The notes below the pieces were generated by a model. It worked only from the letters and a program-made list of their open reading frames with translations. It was not told the DNA's origin and did no database searches. Shown piece after piece: positions 13,120-26,425 of a DNA stretch of 64,000 nt. Origin of the DNA: Penicillus capitatus (Eukaryota; Plantae; Chlorophyta); contig OZ287695.1 of assembly GCA_965649825.1 (NCBI GenBank), positions 1,413,188-1,477,187 on the forward strand. Direction: 5' to 3'. Made by a program: the position numbers and the translations under genes. The stretch's first letter is position 1. Every line of letters begins with the position of its first letter.

Positions 13120-14751
13120 ATGACTTTCGTGGGCTCTGCGAAATGGACACAACGTCGAGATGGAGCGACGAAGGGCATCTATTTGGGACGCAATCAACGA
13201 ACGATGCGAACTTCGACGTCGACGACGCGACGCAGAGGCGTTTGCGTTCAATGCTGTTTTGAACACAGCGGTGTTCGGCCTGGCGTCGCGCGATTGAAGG
13301 TGATCGGCGTTGGAGGCGGAGGCGGTAACGCCGTCAATCGAATGATCTCGAGCGGACTGCAGGTGTGAATGTCGACGGATCTCAATCACGACAGCCCTGC
13401 CATTCAGAATGTCGACTTCTGGGTCGTCAACACAGATTCGCAAGCGATTAAACATTCCCTGGCGGCGCAAAAACTCCAAATTGGGGCAGAGCTGACCAGG
13501 GGACTGGGTAGAACATCGACATCCTGTGTTGCTTCAATGATGGGCGCTTGTGTCAGGAACGGGTGGAAATCCGCTTATCGGTGAAGAGGCGGGACAGGAG
13601 TCGCACGAAGAACTGAAAGACATTCTCGCAGATGCGGATATGGTGCGCATACATGTCTGGCTTCATCCGTATTGGAGCGTGTCGTATACATAGGTGTTCA
13701 TAACGGCAGGTATGGGTGGCGGAACGGGTACGGGCGCTGCACCTGTTCTGGCACGGCTCTCTAAAGATATGGGAATCTTGACGGTGGGCGTCGTCACTCT
13801 GCCGTTCTCCTTTGAAGGAAAGAAACGCGCGGTGCAAGCGCATGATGGTGTGGAGACGCTGAGAAAGAACGTCGATACTCTGATCGTCATTCCGAACGAT
13901 CGGTCTGTCTTTTCATCACACACCACACAACCTGCAATTGACTGGGTAGGTTGTTCACTGTCGCCAAAGAAGGCACTGCACTGCAAGATGCTTTTCTCAT
14001 GGCAGACGATGTCTTACGTCAAGTACATCGAAGCATTCTTGCTGTCGCATAGAGTGACTGTACTGGCACAGGGCGTGCAAGGGATCTCGGATATCATCAC
14101 CATTCCGGGATTAGTGAATGTGGATTTTGCAGACGTCTATTCTGTTATGAATAATTCTGGATCGGCGATGCTGGGCGTGGGTGCATCGACTGGCAAGAAC
14201 AGAGCCAGAGAGGCAGCTATCGTATGACGATCATGTGTGACCATCCCATCCTCACTCTTTTCTCTTCTAGGCTGCCACCACAGCACCTCTCATCGAGAGT
14301 TCCATCGAACAAGCGACCGGCATTGTTTATAACATCACGGGTGGAAGAGTGAGGACCTGAATGAGGTGACGGTTATCTCTGGAATTGCTGATTTTAGGAT
14401 ATGACACTCAATGAGGTGAATGAAGTTTCGCTGGTCGTGAAGGAATTGGCAGATCCATCAGCGATTGTGATCTTCGGCGCTGTCGTTGACGAATTGTTGG
14501 ACGGCGAGATCAACGTGACGATCATCGCTACCGGATTCCTTCAAAGCTACGACGATTCCATCGGTCGCGAAAAGGTGAGCCGTTTTCGCGATCGCTCTTC
14601 GAAAGACGTCATGCGAGCGGTCTAACCTGCCTGCCAGGACGCATATGATTCCGTCCTGCGGGAACCAAAGCAGACGCAAAAACGTCCAACACTTCCTCAA
14701 CTGACCCCTACTCGAAAACAAACGCCGTACATGGGGCGAAGTCTTTTGTGA
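13120..14751 (+). CDS. ftsZ1: Plastid division protein FtsZ1-type, multi-exon
   Basis: Motifs [38 protein letters not shown] and [10 protein letters not shown]; transit peptide present; lacks the FtsZ2 C-terminal core motif. Confidence 0.93.
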
Positions 14752-14890
14752 GAATGTTTTTGTGTGGTCGGTTATGGATGTTGATACAATGAGTGATTGG
14801 TCTGACACGACAGTGGCAGGAAAATACGCTTTTAGTCCCAGAATTTCGATTTTGAACGAAAACTGAGTCGATCGAGAATGTGCGACGGTA

Positions 14891-16765
14891 TCAAGGATTG
14901 GAAAAGTAGGACAGAACGTCACTGAGGGCGTGAATGCGTCGATCGAAGAGGTCAGCAACGGTGACCGGCAGTTCTGGAATCTTGATACCGAGAGATCGCG
15001 CCAGATCGAACTGCCGATGGAACGCACGCTTGTATACGTTCCACATCGTGATCGCTATCCAAAACAAAATCATAAACAATGAGAATGGGGGCAACATGGA
15101 TCACCTGCTGTCGAGCCGCCGTTCGCCAACGTATTGGCGGCATTGACGTATGATTCTGAATCGGTGATGTTATCTCGCACGAGGCGTTCGATTGATCCAA
15201 AGACGACATTCGAGAGATCAAGGTAGTTATGGACGGCCGTCTGTGCTGAGTTCGCCGTCAGATTTGACTGTGCCGTTCAAAAAAGCTGCATGTATGTACT
15301 TAAGATATATGCTGTCCTACCAAGTCGTTCAGGTACATTTCGACGCCCGGAATATCGATGTCTGGCAACTGATGGACTTTGGCAAAATGTATGATGTGCT
15401 GATTTCTCTCCTGTAGCCTGTCGTTAAGAAATCGCTCCAATCTGCCAAACACAACAATGTATGCGTTGCATATCAAAGGAGCGCTGCGTCGTTCTTACGC
15501 TGTCGCCTCATCGTCGAGGTGTTTGCTCAGATCGTTTCTCCATTTCTGAACTCGATCGATCCGCGAAACGATCGACGAGGTGCTGAGTCGATCGAGCCAT
15601 CGTCGCAAGGCGCTCTTGATTTCGTCGCTGCTAGGCCGATCATCGTTATTCGCTCTGCTAATCTGATCGTCCAACCGTCGAATGTCATCAGCGACGGGAC
15701 GGTTTGCGATCTCATCGGAGTCATCGTCGTTTTCCGCCAAGCCTCGAGAGTCGAAGACGTTTGTCGGTAGACTGATGAGATCAGAGACGGTGCTGAAAAT
15801 CGTCTCCAAGTCTCCGAGAACAGGAGACACAATTGCGTCAATGCCCAACGCCTATGCACCATCTCGTGCTGTGCCGCGTCGACACGTTGGCTTACGAGGG
15901 GTCCAAAAAGCTTCTTGTAACTGAGAACGCGTTCTTCGATATGCCTCAGCATAGTAAGGCGCGCATTGACTCCTGCGTCCATATACAAGTGATAGATCAG
16001 TGCCCGGAACAGGAGATTCTTCAAGGCTGCCGTCTTCGGGTCGCTTTCTACAAACCATGAGCGCGATGTCACCTTTAAGAGTGATACGTGTGATCACCTG
16101 CCAGAGCTTCGACGCTGTCGATGGCCCCTCGGGAGATACCTTCCTTCGTTTTATTGGCGGAATCGAGGAGATCGCCCGCCGTCGTTTTGAGACCCAGTGC
16201 ACTCGCGAGAGCATCGAGTTTTAACTGAAGTTTGGAAGAGACGATATCGCCACCGGCTGTGAGAGCCGTTTCTGTTCTGGTTTGAAAACGGCCTTTCTTG
16301 TTTTTGGCGACCGCAAGGGGATCGAATCTAAATGGATCGGCTTCGAGTAGGGATACGAACAGGTGATCGAGTTTGCCCTTGACTAAGGCAGTCAGCAATC
16401 CATTGCCAACCAGAGCTAGCCTTTCGCCACCGATATAATGCCCTTTCGAAATCGGAGTGCCCAGCAGTAGACCAGCCGACGCATACTTGCCACCCAGCTT
16501 GTCCGCGCCGACAAAGTAACCTGCGACGATCAGATTGGCCGAACGAAGGCAGAAAGGAATGAACGACTTGCGAAATTGCGGTTCCGCTCTGGAGACAAAC
16601 CGCCGTTCGGCAACTACAGACAAGAGAGTTCGCTCATAACAGGAGTGCATAAGCTGAAACAAAGACACATACTTGTGAGACGTCGTCGGCGTCCACAGAG
16701 AAGACACCGAGAGATAGAAGCATGGTTAACAGGTAGCCCAATGACCACATCCTTTGGCGATCCAT
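14891..16765 (-). CDS. Hypothetical secreted protein, about eight exons
   Basis: Separate ORF-track pieces join in frame through ~44-56 nt GT-AG introns; signal peptide MDRQRMWSLGYLLTMLLSLGVFSVDA. No family recognised. Confidence 0.6.
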
Positions 16766-17067
16766 CTCAAATGTGTGAGAAATGACAGACCAACGGACAA
16801 AGGCAATGACACGTAGAGGAGACAGAAAACACGACCAGCGCTTCGCAATTCCTCGACCGAGATCTCACAAACATTGTCGAGACAGGTGGCGTCCAAGAAA
16901 CGCCGGTTCGCATACGCACGCATCAGATACGCATTGCTTGCTTTTGCTGATCATACAAGACGCCCGCAACTTTACATAGCAAGAAATCCCGCCCGTAATC
17001 GAAATCTGTACAGGCAGCGTCGTATTGGTAAGCCACAGCCGATATATAGTACAATTTTGTGCCTCTC

Positions 17068-18013
17068 TCATGCGAGGCGATGCACATCTTCTTGTTTCTT
17101 CTTTTCACGACGAAGTGCTTTCTTTCCTTTCGTGTTCGTCTTTTTTCCATCAGACTTCTTCGTCGCCGCCACCACATGCGCATCAACATTTGCTGATTTC
17201 AGTTCCCCGACTGGCTGAGTGGATTGTGCAAAGACGCGACCCGAACGAATGTATCCATTCTTTCCGAACTTGCGATTCGCAAGAACGATTCTGGCCGAGC
17301 CTGAAACACAAGGTCCGACAGCGACAGCAGCTTCGCACGCACATACCTGCAGCGTTAGAAAAATAGTAGTCTTCCGTGTCGTCGATCTCGTTTGAATAGT
17401 AATCATCTTCATCGTCGTCCTCCCACGGTTCTTCATCCGAAGCGTCGTTGTACAAAGGAACGATCTTTTTCGCACCCTGAGCACGTGTCCGTCACATCAA
17501 TGGCAGATCGTGAGGATGGGATGGATGGACGTACTCGAGTGCGACGCAAATACCATTTTGTTCTTTTTAGGAGACAAATGCTTTCCTCTGCTTTCGAATC
17601 ACGAATACTTCCATCGAGATGACGCCACGTCAGCAATGTTTCGAAGCGCCTCATGCAGATAGGACACAGAGCATGATCCTTCTCTTCAGCCCAGCGTACG
17701 ATGCAGTACACTAAACAGCACAGAATGGCTTCGCGAGATCGATGAACAGCTCCTTGACCAACCGCAGTAGCTATGGTGGCAGCCAGGGACAACGGCAGCG
17801 TCTTTCAACGGGACAGTTTTCAAACAGATAGGACATGCGTCGTCGGAATCGGCGATGTCCTAAAGACGACGTCGAGTGTCGTATGCGACGGAAACGTGTT
17901 GAGGTGTCCACCATGGAATTTCGTCGTTTCGTCGTTCTGCCAACTGTTTGGTGTCTTTGTCTGTTTCTGCCGGCGTCCTGAACGGACACACCACATTTCT
18001 CCCCTCCATTCAT
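17068..18013 (-). CDS. C3HC4 RING-finger protein, multi-exon
   Basis: Spliced CPICLKTVPLKDAAVVPGCHHSYC..CIVRW..CPICMRRF..RHLDGS..EESICLL, followed by an acidic and a basic tract. Confidence 0.85.
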
Positions 18014-18179
18014 CGTGCAGCGTAGTCTTCCGTTTGGTGTGGCAGGACCGACGTGGCACAACGGCCGCAAAGATGCGGAGTCAATGAAGCATCGCCATCG
18101 CGATGTGCATTTATACCATCATTCGCTGCGCCGTCAACCAACACGGACTGCACTCTGTTGATTACTGCCGCATCGACTT

Positions 18180-18892
18180 ATGGTCTGCCAGTGGCTGCTT
18201 CGGATCGCCGCAGGAGATGTGTGAGATGTGTATAGGGAAAGGTTCGAACGAAGACGATCAAACGCGCCGCGCGTGTTTTGGTCGAGAAGTACTATCAAAG
18301 ACTGACAGTCGATGTCAGCACAAACAAACGTTTGGTCGATGAAGTGGCGGAGATCCAGACGAAAAAACTGCGAAACAAAATCGCTGGATTCACCACAGTG
18401 CCTTTCATTTATGTTATTACCTTCAGTATAATCCTGCGGGTGTAGCATCTGATGAAGCGCATTCAAAAAGGACCAGTCAGAGGCATCTCGCTAAAACTAC
18501 AGGTGTCTATCGATATCTGCTATTTGAGCGATGACGATAGGTTGTTCGCTCACTTTGTAGGAAGAGGAACGCGAACGCAGAATGGATTTCATTCCTGAGC
18601 GTTCTGCCGTGGATGTCACGCGAATCGAAGTCTGTTCGATCTGAATCGACGCTCGATCCACATTGCCTTTATGTATTGAAGGTGGATAAGGTGACACTGG
18701 AGATGCTGAATTCGATCGGGATGGGAAATCTGCCGGGCGTCGTGGAACAGGTGTGTGCCCGTGATAGCACGCTTCCCACAAAGTTGCGTCCTTCTGCTGC
18801 AGGAGGGGGTGATGCACGGGGGTGGCGATCGTGGCGGCCGAGGCGGTGATCGCGGAGGACGGGGTGGTGGTGGAGGAGGATATAGAGACTGA
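18180..18892 (+). CDS. RPS17: 40S ribosomal protein S17 with RGG tail, multi-exon
   Basis: ATG-only first exon (intron 18183-18235), then [66 protein letters not shown]. Confidence 0.95.
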
Positions 18893-18998
18893 GCTGGATG
18901 CTTTGGATATTTTCTTGACTTTGGCTCTTGCAAGAGATATCGTTTGCAATCATGGCACCGACGGTAGAGGCGGTCATGGACGACACACCATGCGCGCT

Positions 18999-19943
18999 CT
19001 ATCCTCCCATGAGCCGAGCAATTCCGATACCGGCTGCGACAAACGTACCCAGAATCGCCACGACGTATTTGATCTGCAAACAGGAGAAAGATGGCACTCA
19101 GACGACGGTTAGTTGCCTATTAACGGCAGACCGTCTCGTTTTTGGTCTGTTCGATGGCTGCCTTCAAGGCATTGATCTCCTAAACCATCAGCCTTTCATA
19201 AGAAAAGCCACCTGTGGTGAATACCCACTCTATCCATCTTCAGTTCCAAATCTACTGCCTTGTCTCGTAACGTCTGCAGTTCGTCTCTCATGCGCCTGCA
19301 ATCATACTGCCATCACGGCATCGTATCATGCGCTGTATGTACCCCTTCTCTAGATTCAGGTCCAGCCTCTGACTGGCAGTGAGCTTGTCTATATCGTGTC
19401 TACAGCCGATCAGATCTCAGCGTGAATGGGAAGCCGGTTCCGTCTGCACTCTACTTGACATCCGTTCGCATCTTTTCTAGACTTCCTTGAAGGCGTTCTG
19501 TGTCCTTAGTCACGGCACTGAGATGCATGTCCTGTGCCTTCTGCAATTCGCTCTTGAATGCCAGGATCCGTGCTTCTTGCTCCATAAGTGACTTGTCAAG
19601 GGAGTCTTTGAGAACAAACTTCTCAGACATCTTCTCCCGGGTGGATTCCACGAGTTCTGTCATTTGAGATGTGAGCTGCTCCGATTGCTTTCGCGTAAAT
19701 CCAATGCGCTCCAAATTCTTCATCTAACATGGCATCAACACCATGAACGGGATCTAGAGCCGCTACAGGATATGGTCCTTTTCTTGAGGGACCTACAAGG
19801 GAGAGGGTATCGACAAATAGCGCTTTGATAGCAGGAGCCAATGTCTTTGAATCCGAAGACGCTGATCGCGTCATCATGCATACACTGTGGAATCGCACGG
19901 CGCGCAGTGGCCGAAGGTGCATCCCACTGCCGACAATGATCAT
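18999..19943 (-). CDS. DUF1640/CCDC90/Fmp32-like mitochondrial coiled-coil protein, multi-exon
   Basis: FVDTLSLV, LERIGFTRKQSEQL, spliced HDIDKLTASQRLDLNLEKGRMRDE, and a C-terminal TM IKYVVAILGTFVAAGIGIARLMGG. Start is approximate. Confidence 0.85.
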
Positions 19944-21012
19944 CGCTGTCTTCTAATCACATGGTTTCGATTGTGATGTGACAGCGGGTTCGATGGCTGT
20001 GCTAAGAGTTGACCGTCCTCTGCACAAAACTTTCTGCGACGCGTGATGATAATCTCTGATAAGACACGACGTTGTATGACAGCGACAGGCATCATACACG
20101 GCGAGATAAGACATTGCAAAGCATCGTCGTTATGTGTCGATCGGTTATGCATTCACTTTGCGGTGCAATGGTGTGTGTGCTTGTAAATCTAATCGACTGT
20201 TCTCTTGCAATTGATCACAGTGCCTGGCTAGCATGATATCGGGAAATATGCAGCAGGGTGCTTTGATATTGATCTCATTTATACGTCCCCGGATCTATAT
20301 TCTGTTTTCACTGCCAGCTATTCCCTTCTTCGGTGTCCCACGAGACATAAAACTTGTCATTCAAGGCCGATGACTTTATATACACGCATGGGCGTAGCCG
20401 ACATCCCATCGCTCGATTTGGCATCGCGCAGGTCCAGACCAAATAGGAATGGAAAGTAACATTTGTTGAACTGAGCGTTATACATGGTTGCTATGAATGA
20501 ACATAATGTACGACGCGTTCCTTTATCGATTCTGCAAGATAAATCTGATACTTTGAAAGAATTTCTGACTCCTTCTATTTGTCAAAACATTTCCAGGTAA
20601 CTGACCAGGAAACAGAATTGGAGATGAATCTTGCGCCGTCTCAACAGTGCCACTCCAAGATCAAAAACGCCGACAGTTATCGCATACAGATTCTACCTAG
20701 AGTCCGATCCATCCATCACTTCATGTTCCCAACCCCCATCACATCGATCCTTCACTCCACAGATCACTGTACTTAATATCCATTCCATTCTTCCTCATAC
20801 GTTCTGTCTACAGATAAGGGATGATCATCTCCGAGCTAAGGGCTGGAAATTGCATCTCTCCGTCTGACATGACTTCACATATCCCTGACCTAGATGGATG
20901 TGTGCTGCCACACTCAACGATCGTGATGGCACTTAATGGTCTCCGATACGGATCATCTTGACATTTCCGTATTGGCATTTTGTCGAAGATCAGTTCGAAG
21001 CGCGACGGGATC

Positions 21013-21826
21013 ATGGTGTTCGCTTTAGGAAATCGTTCTTACTTGCTGCGACGTACATTCGTCCCCCGTTGCCGAGTGCACCATCGCCCACGACACCTCT
21101 TCGCCACACACAAACCCGTCGTCGCTCTCTTCTCTGTCGTCGTCCCCCGACGACGCCACTTCGCTCTCGGCGTTCTCCGCGCCGCGGAACAAGATGCAGA
21201 AGGAAGCTTTTCGGGCGAGTGGCCAATGAACTGGAGTCTCGCTAGTTACGAAGTGCGCACCGTCGCGTCAAAGCTCTCATCCATGACTTCGGTCTAGGAT
21301 CTCTCCGACTACTACGGCGGCAAATTGCTAAAGGAAGAAGTACGCCACGACGTTCTCACCCCACGTGGACATCTTTTCGCCGCCCATAGGGAATGGGAGG
21401 TTATCATTTGAGTGACATCATGTCAAAGGATGTGATTCTGACGTCTCCCACAACAACGCGTCAGGAGCTGATCACGCTCTTTGAAGAACATACGGGATTG
21501 CCTGTCGTGGATCGCGAGGGACGTCTGATGGGTGTGGTGTCTAGAAGCGATCTGAAGAGAGAAGGAGTGAGAGTGTGGATGTCCTGAATGGGCTAAAATG
21601 TGTGATGTCTGTTTAGGACGTCGTCAAAGAATTGATGTCGACGCCTCCCATCGCAGCAAAGCCGACAGCCCGTGTGGCCGATGCAGCATGTCTGATGCTG
21701 AAGCACAAAGTTCACAGAATTCCAATCGTGGGCCCAGATGCCAAAGTTCTGGGATTTGTCACAAGAACTGATATTTTTGAAGCTCTCGAGGCCGAGACGG
21801 AAATCTCCGAAGGCCTTCCAAAATGA
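21013..21826 (+). CDS. Chloroplast CBS-pair domain protein (CBSX-like)
   Basis: Transit peptide, then HTGLPVVD..GVVSRSDL and KVHRIPIV..GFVTRTDIF. Confidence 0.85.
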
Positions 21827-22178
21827 GCAGTCCCTTCTCTGATTGTGAGAGCGGTTATACTGTGCATGCTATGGATGCTGCGATTTTGACGGTCTCTTTG
21901 AAATGACGGCGGTATTAGAAGGTCACTCTTTTGCTCTCACTTTCAGCAGAACAGCAATGGCAGATCAGATTTGGCATTTTAACAAATCCAACTAACGATC
22001 GATCGATGGACAATGTCTACGTTTGGTGAAAGAAGGCTCTTTAGCGTCGTCCCGTCTCCTCCGCGTCGGAAACCGTTCCATGACTCATGCGCAGGTAAAG
22101 GTCACATCTTTCAAAGCATGTCGCCATTCTTCACTATACGATTCACTATAAATTGCTTTTTGCGTTTGCCCCGTAACA

Positions 22179-23910
22179 ATGCCGTCAAGTGCCGGAAAGA
22201 CCGTTTTGGCCAAATTGAACGAACAGGTTAAAGAAGTGGAGCCCGTTGGCTCCATTTCCTTCGACAGATACCTTCTCTCTGGACAACTGCTCCTAAATCA
22301 GGTCCTACTCACTTTTTACGTGACAGTGACCTTATCGAGTCCTTGCCAGGCTAACATGTATCGCCGAGCAGGAGATGTGTCTTCTGTCTATATCTTTCTG
22401 TTTCGTTTTGCAAAGTAAACACCTTATGTCCGGCGCTGATGTGTGACAGTCTGCACGGATAGTTTGCTGATGTACACTCTCCCACGACATCCTTCCTACG
22501 TAGACACGGCACCAAAGTATGTCTACTACAAAAAGGTAACCTGCACGATTATGGTATTGCTGGAACGAGGAGTGAGAAGATGGACGTGTCTGCTGACAGA
22601 AATTGGGCACTGAGTGTATTCCGGAGTTGGAAAGGATCAAAAGAAAGATCTTGGCGATGAAGACGGACATCGCTCTCGCTTATGACAACGTATCGATGAA
22701 GCCGAAACAGACAGGACTGTCAACAGCAGCGCCTCAATTGAATTGGCAAGCAGCTGGAGCTCCCACACGGGATCCACTACCTCCACGACCGACAGACACA
22801 TTGCCCGTCGAATTGACCACACAGATGACGCCACCGTCGTGCGCTGTCTCCGTTGTTTGGGAAAGACGGAGTGTGTGTTGTTAGACCTTCGATGCCAGAG
22901 GGACCGCCTATCTTTTCAACTAAGTACACGGCATCGGCGGCGGCGGCTCGTGAGAGACACAGTCTGTTTGGAAGTGTGACTTCGAGTGTCACACCGACGG
23001 CAACGCCATCTGTCCAACCGACCAAACTCTACCCGCCTTCCATCGATCCTCTGCCTCCAAATCTTATGGACATGCCACTCATTGAGGATATACCGAAAGA
23101 AATCCCCCTTGGTCCGCAGGAAGTGGAGGTGGAGTGATCGATTTTGTCCGTCGTGTGTCTATCGGCTTCCAACATTGTAGGTGCAACGTGTGAAGCCGTC
23201 TATTCGCAAGCCTGGTGCCCCTCTGGAGACATGCAGTTGTACGCCTCCTCCTCTCTCAGATTCTGCCATCGATCAACTCGCAACACCTGCTCAGGAAGTT
23301 CGGAAAACAGGGTTCCGTAACGTGCACGTTTCGATCGAAATGATGGAGGCTTTTCTGCGCGTGGCGAAGAGAAACACAATGAACGAAATCGAAACGTGTG
23401 CCATCTTAGCAGGTCTCTCTCCATCTTACCCACCCAAGACATGCATTCATACCTTTGCTTGCCTTAGGCGAAGTGAGAGCCGATTTGAACGTGCTCGAGG
23501 TGAACCATCTCTTGATCCCTCAGCAGAAGGGCACGAGAGATCAGGTTGAAATGATCAACGAGGAGATGCTGTTGGGAGAGGTTCTCAGTAATGGTCTCAT
23601 GGTGTTGGGATGGATTCACACACATCCCGTCTTTGAATGCTTTCTCTCCTCCATCGACGTCCACACGACTCTTCCTTATCAGCTCTTGCTGGAAGAAGCC
23701 ATCGCCATAGTCATGGCACCGACAGATCGAAAGAGAAAGTGTGGCGTGTTTCGCCTGACCACTCCTGGAGGAATGGAACTCATTCGGGATTGTCCGAAGA
23801 GGGGATTTCATCAACATGGACGCACCCGTACTGGACAACCGATCTACGAAATCGTATCCCATGTCTTTTACGATCCGAAACTCAAGGTCACTGTCAAGGA
23901 TTTGAGATAA
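22179..23910 (+). CDS. AMSH: AMSH/STAMBP-like JAMM deubiquitinase, multi-exon
   Basis: MIT-like N-terminus, IETCAILAG, IPQQKGT, and JAMM motif WIHTHP..FLSSIDVHT. Confidence 0.93.
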
Positions 23911-23920
23911 GGACATCTGT

Positions 23921-23938
23921 TTACAACGTCCCATGTAA
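23921..23938. promoter_or_regulatory. Opposed TGTAA polyadenylation signals for two convergent genes
   Basis: TTACA at 23921-23925 (minus-strand TGTAA, serving RED) and TGTAA at 23934-23938 (serving AMSH) sit inside a 34-nt gap between the two stop codons. Confidence 0.7.
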
Positions 23939-23944
23939 TACCCT

Positions 23945-25661
23945 TTACGTCTCGTCCACCAAACGAATACGTTTCCTGTTCTTTGGAGTGGGAAGCGTGG
24001 TTGCCGATGATGTATCGGGTTTCGGTGTATCGGAGGTCTTCTTGTCAGAGCGGAATGCTGCATCGTGCGAACGGCCATGATCTTTGAAAAGTTTCTCGAT
24101 CTTGTTAAGCTGTGTGTCCAGTTTCTGCTCTCTTCTGTGTTTCTCGACCAATTTCGAATGCGTCTTGCGTCCATCTGTCATCTTGATGCCGTATTGGAAA
24201 GCTGCCTTTGGCAACTGTTCCATGTTCTGCTTGTATTTTGACCATTCCTCATCTGTCTCGAAGCTATAGCGCGAGACTCCTTTGTTACGGGCATCCATAT
24301 GACTGAAATCCTCATCATCACTGTCCACCACAGCTCCGGCATAGGACTGGTGAAAACCGGGATAACACTCGGCGTAATGATCAGGAAGCGAAGACGGATC
24401 GATCTCTTTTCCTGTTCTTCTATCCATCTTCAGCATCTCGTGATCATCCAATTCCTTTTCGGCGCCGCCACTCTCCTGTATATATGCATCACACATATCA
24501 CACATAGATTTCGAGCATTGAATGGCCATACCTGAGTCTTTGGCGGTCGAGGAATCGATGTGCTTTCTTCTGTTGGCTTTTTCTTTTTTCGTGTCATATC
24601 GCACTTATAATCTGTTCCTACATCCGTGAAGATATCGTCTTCTGGATCGGCTACTGGCAGTTCCGTCTTCTTTAGAGTAGAGGGCAGTACGGGGATATCT
24701 GTTTCTTTCTTCTCAGGATGCAGTGGACCAATCAGGCTCTCCAGCATCTCTTGCTTTTCTTTCTTTCGCGTTTTCTTTTCTGAGGGAGAGAGTCGAATAT
24801 AAGAGATGATCTTCGCAAGCATGTCAACCACGCTTGCATCCATATCTGCCCTGACTCTCTCCCCGCCGTGTTCGCACTCTGCTTTCGGTCTTCTCACCAC
24901 AGTGGGGCGGTAATCAAACGCCTGGCCATCATCCAAACTGTAGAGAAAAGCCATTCTGCCAGGCTGGAAGAATTCTCGGGCGTCCACTTTGGTCGGCTTA
25001 AACAGAGCACTGTACACTGCCCGTCCCATCGGCGATGCAAAACTCACACCTTTCTGCAAGAAAGCATTGCCATCGTGCCGCAACACAGAGATCTACTTTC
25101 AGTTTCTTCTGCTTTTCTTGACGTTGTTGCTCTTTCTTGACATTTTCTGATTCGGTCTTCTGAAGCCGAGCCCTCTCCTTCTTTAACAGCGCATAGTCTA
25201 GTCCCTTCACCAAGTGGGTATGCTCCAAATCACCGCCCAGAAATTTCGACTGTTCAATCGAGATCCCGGTCGATGGCATCCATCCCGTTCCGTCCACTGT
25301 TAGCGCCCCATCCCCACTCGTTCCTTTCCCTTCCCTTCGCTCACGCGCACGGTCTCTGCAACAGATACACATTCACTATCATCATAATCAGTCCGCTAGT
25401 GTTCAACCTGTAGAGTGGTCTGTCCGTGTCTTCTTCTTCGGTAACAGACTCGACAGCTGAGTGCGCCTTTAGCAGGTCTGGGCTCGCATCTCCTTCCTCT
25501 TCTTTTACTGGAGCTGGTTTGGATTTCTTTGAAGTAGTTGGTCCTTTGGGCTGTCGCCGTTCACCGAATGTTGCTTTTCTCTTCTGCAACGGTGTTTCGA
25601 GAAGCTGGCGAAACTGTTCGTTGGATAGAGGCTCTTGAGAATCCCAAAGATCTTCCGCCAT
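23945..25661 (-). CDS. RED/IK family spliceosomal protein (SMU2-like), multi-exon
   Basis: Motifs LSNEQFRQLLETP, SKFLGGDLEHTHLVKGLDYALL, FQPGRMAFLY, YAECYPG and LPKAAFQYGIKMTDGRK. Confidence 0.92.
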
Positions 25662-25747
25662 AGTTCTTTGTTTCTCGAGCGATAGTCAGTCGTACATATA
25701 TTCAGGCCGACGGCAACCGTATCTCTTCTGTCTACGCCACTGTTTCC

Positions 25748-26340
25748 ATGGCAGACTCCGAACGGATGACGGTGGAAGGGGTGGAGCCAGTCGAATTTGC
25801 CGTAGAGAAAGAGAAGGCACTTTTCGTCGCGCAGCCATTGGTGACGGAGAAGCTCTACAAGAAGCTCGAAAAGATCATGAAAGCAGCCATCCAGATCCAT
25901 GCGTGTTCACGGGGCGTCAAAGAAGTGACCAAGACGCTCAGAAAGAAGCAGAAAGGGTGCGATGCTTTTGGGGAGAGATCGTTGTCCACGAAGCAATCAA
26001 TGATGCAGGTTCTGTTTGATCGCGGGAGACTGCACACCGATCGATGTGATTGCGCATTTGCCCGTTTACTGCGAAGACCGATCGATTCCTTATGCCTTCA
26101 TTCCCACACGCCGCGTGCGTCTCCAAAAGGGTGAGAATCACACTTTATCTAAATGACGTTCTTCGTGTTCAGTTATTGGGTGCATCGATTGAAAGTCTGA
26201 GAGGCACGAGCTGCATCATGATCCACCCCACGACGCGCAAGAAGAAAGACCTTGCGGCTAAAGACGTCACATCATACGAGGCTTTGTACAAGAAGGCGCT
26301 CAAGAAGATGAAAGCATTGCAGTCTGTGCCTTCATCTTGA
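25748..26340 (+). CDS. NHP2: H/ACA RNP subunit NHP2 (L7Ae family)
   Basis: AQPL..KKLEKIMKAA, RGVKEVTKTLRK, spliced IAGDCTPIDVIAHLPVYCEDRSIPY and LGASI..TSCIMI. Confidence 0.88.
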
Positions 26341-26425
26341 CGTCGTACGGTTAAGCGTCGTACATGTTCGTTCTCTTGTCTCTGCTCGTCGTTCTGGTTT
26401 CATCATTGCGTCGCGCTTTTTCGCA

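Noticed and set aside
18840-18885. GGC/GGA/GGT-rich stretch as a microsatellite
   Set aside because: It is the coding RGG tail of RPS17.
18928-19353. 141-aa plus-strand ORF
   Set aside because: It is antisense to the spliced 3' exons of the DUF1640 gene, so it is a shadow ORF.
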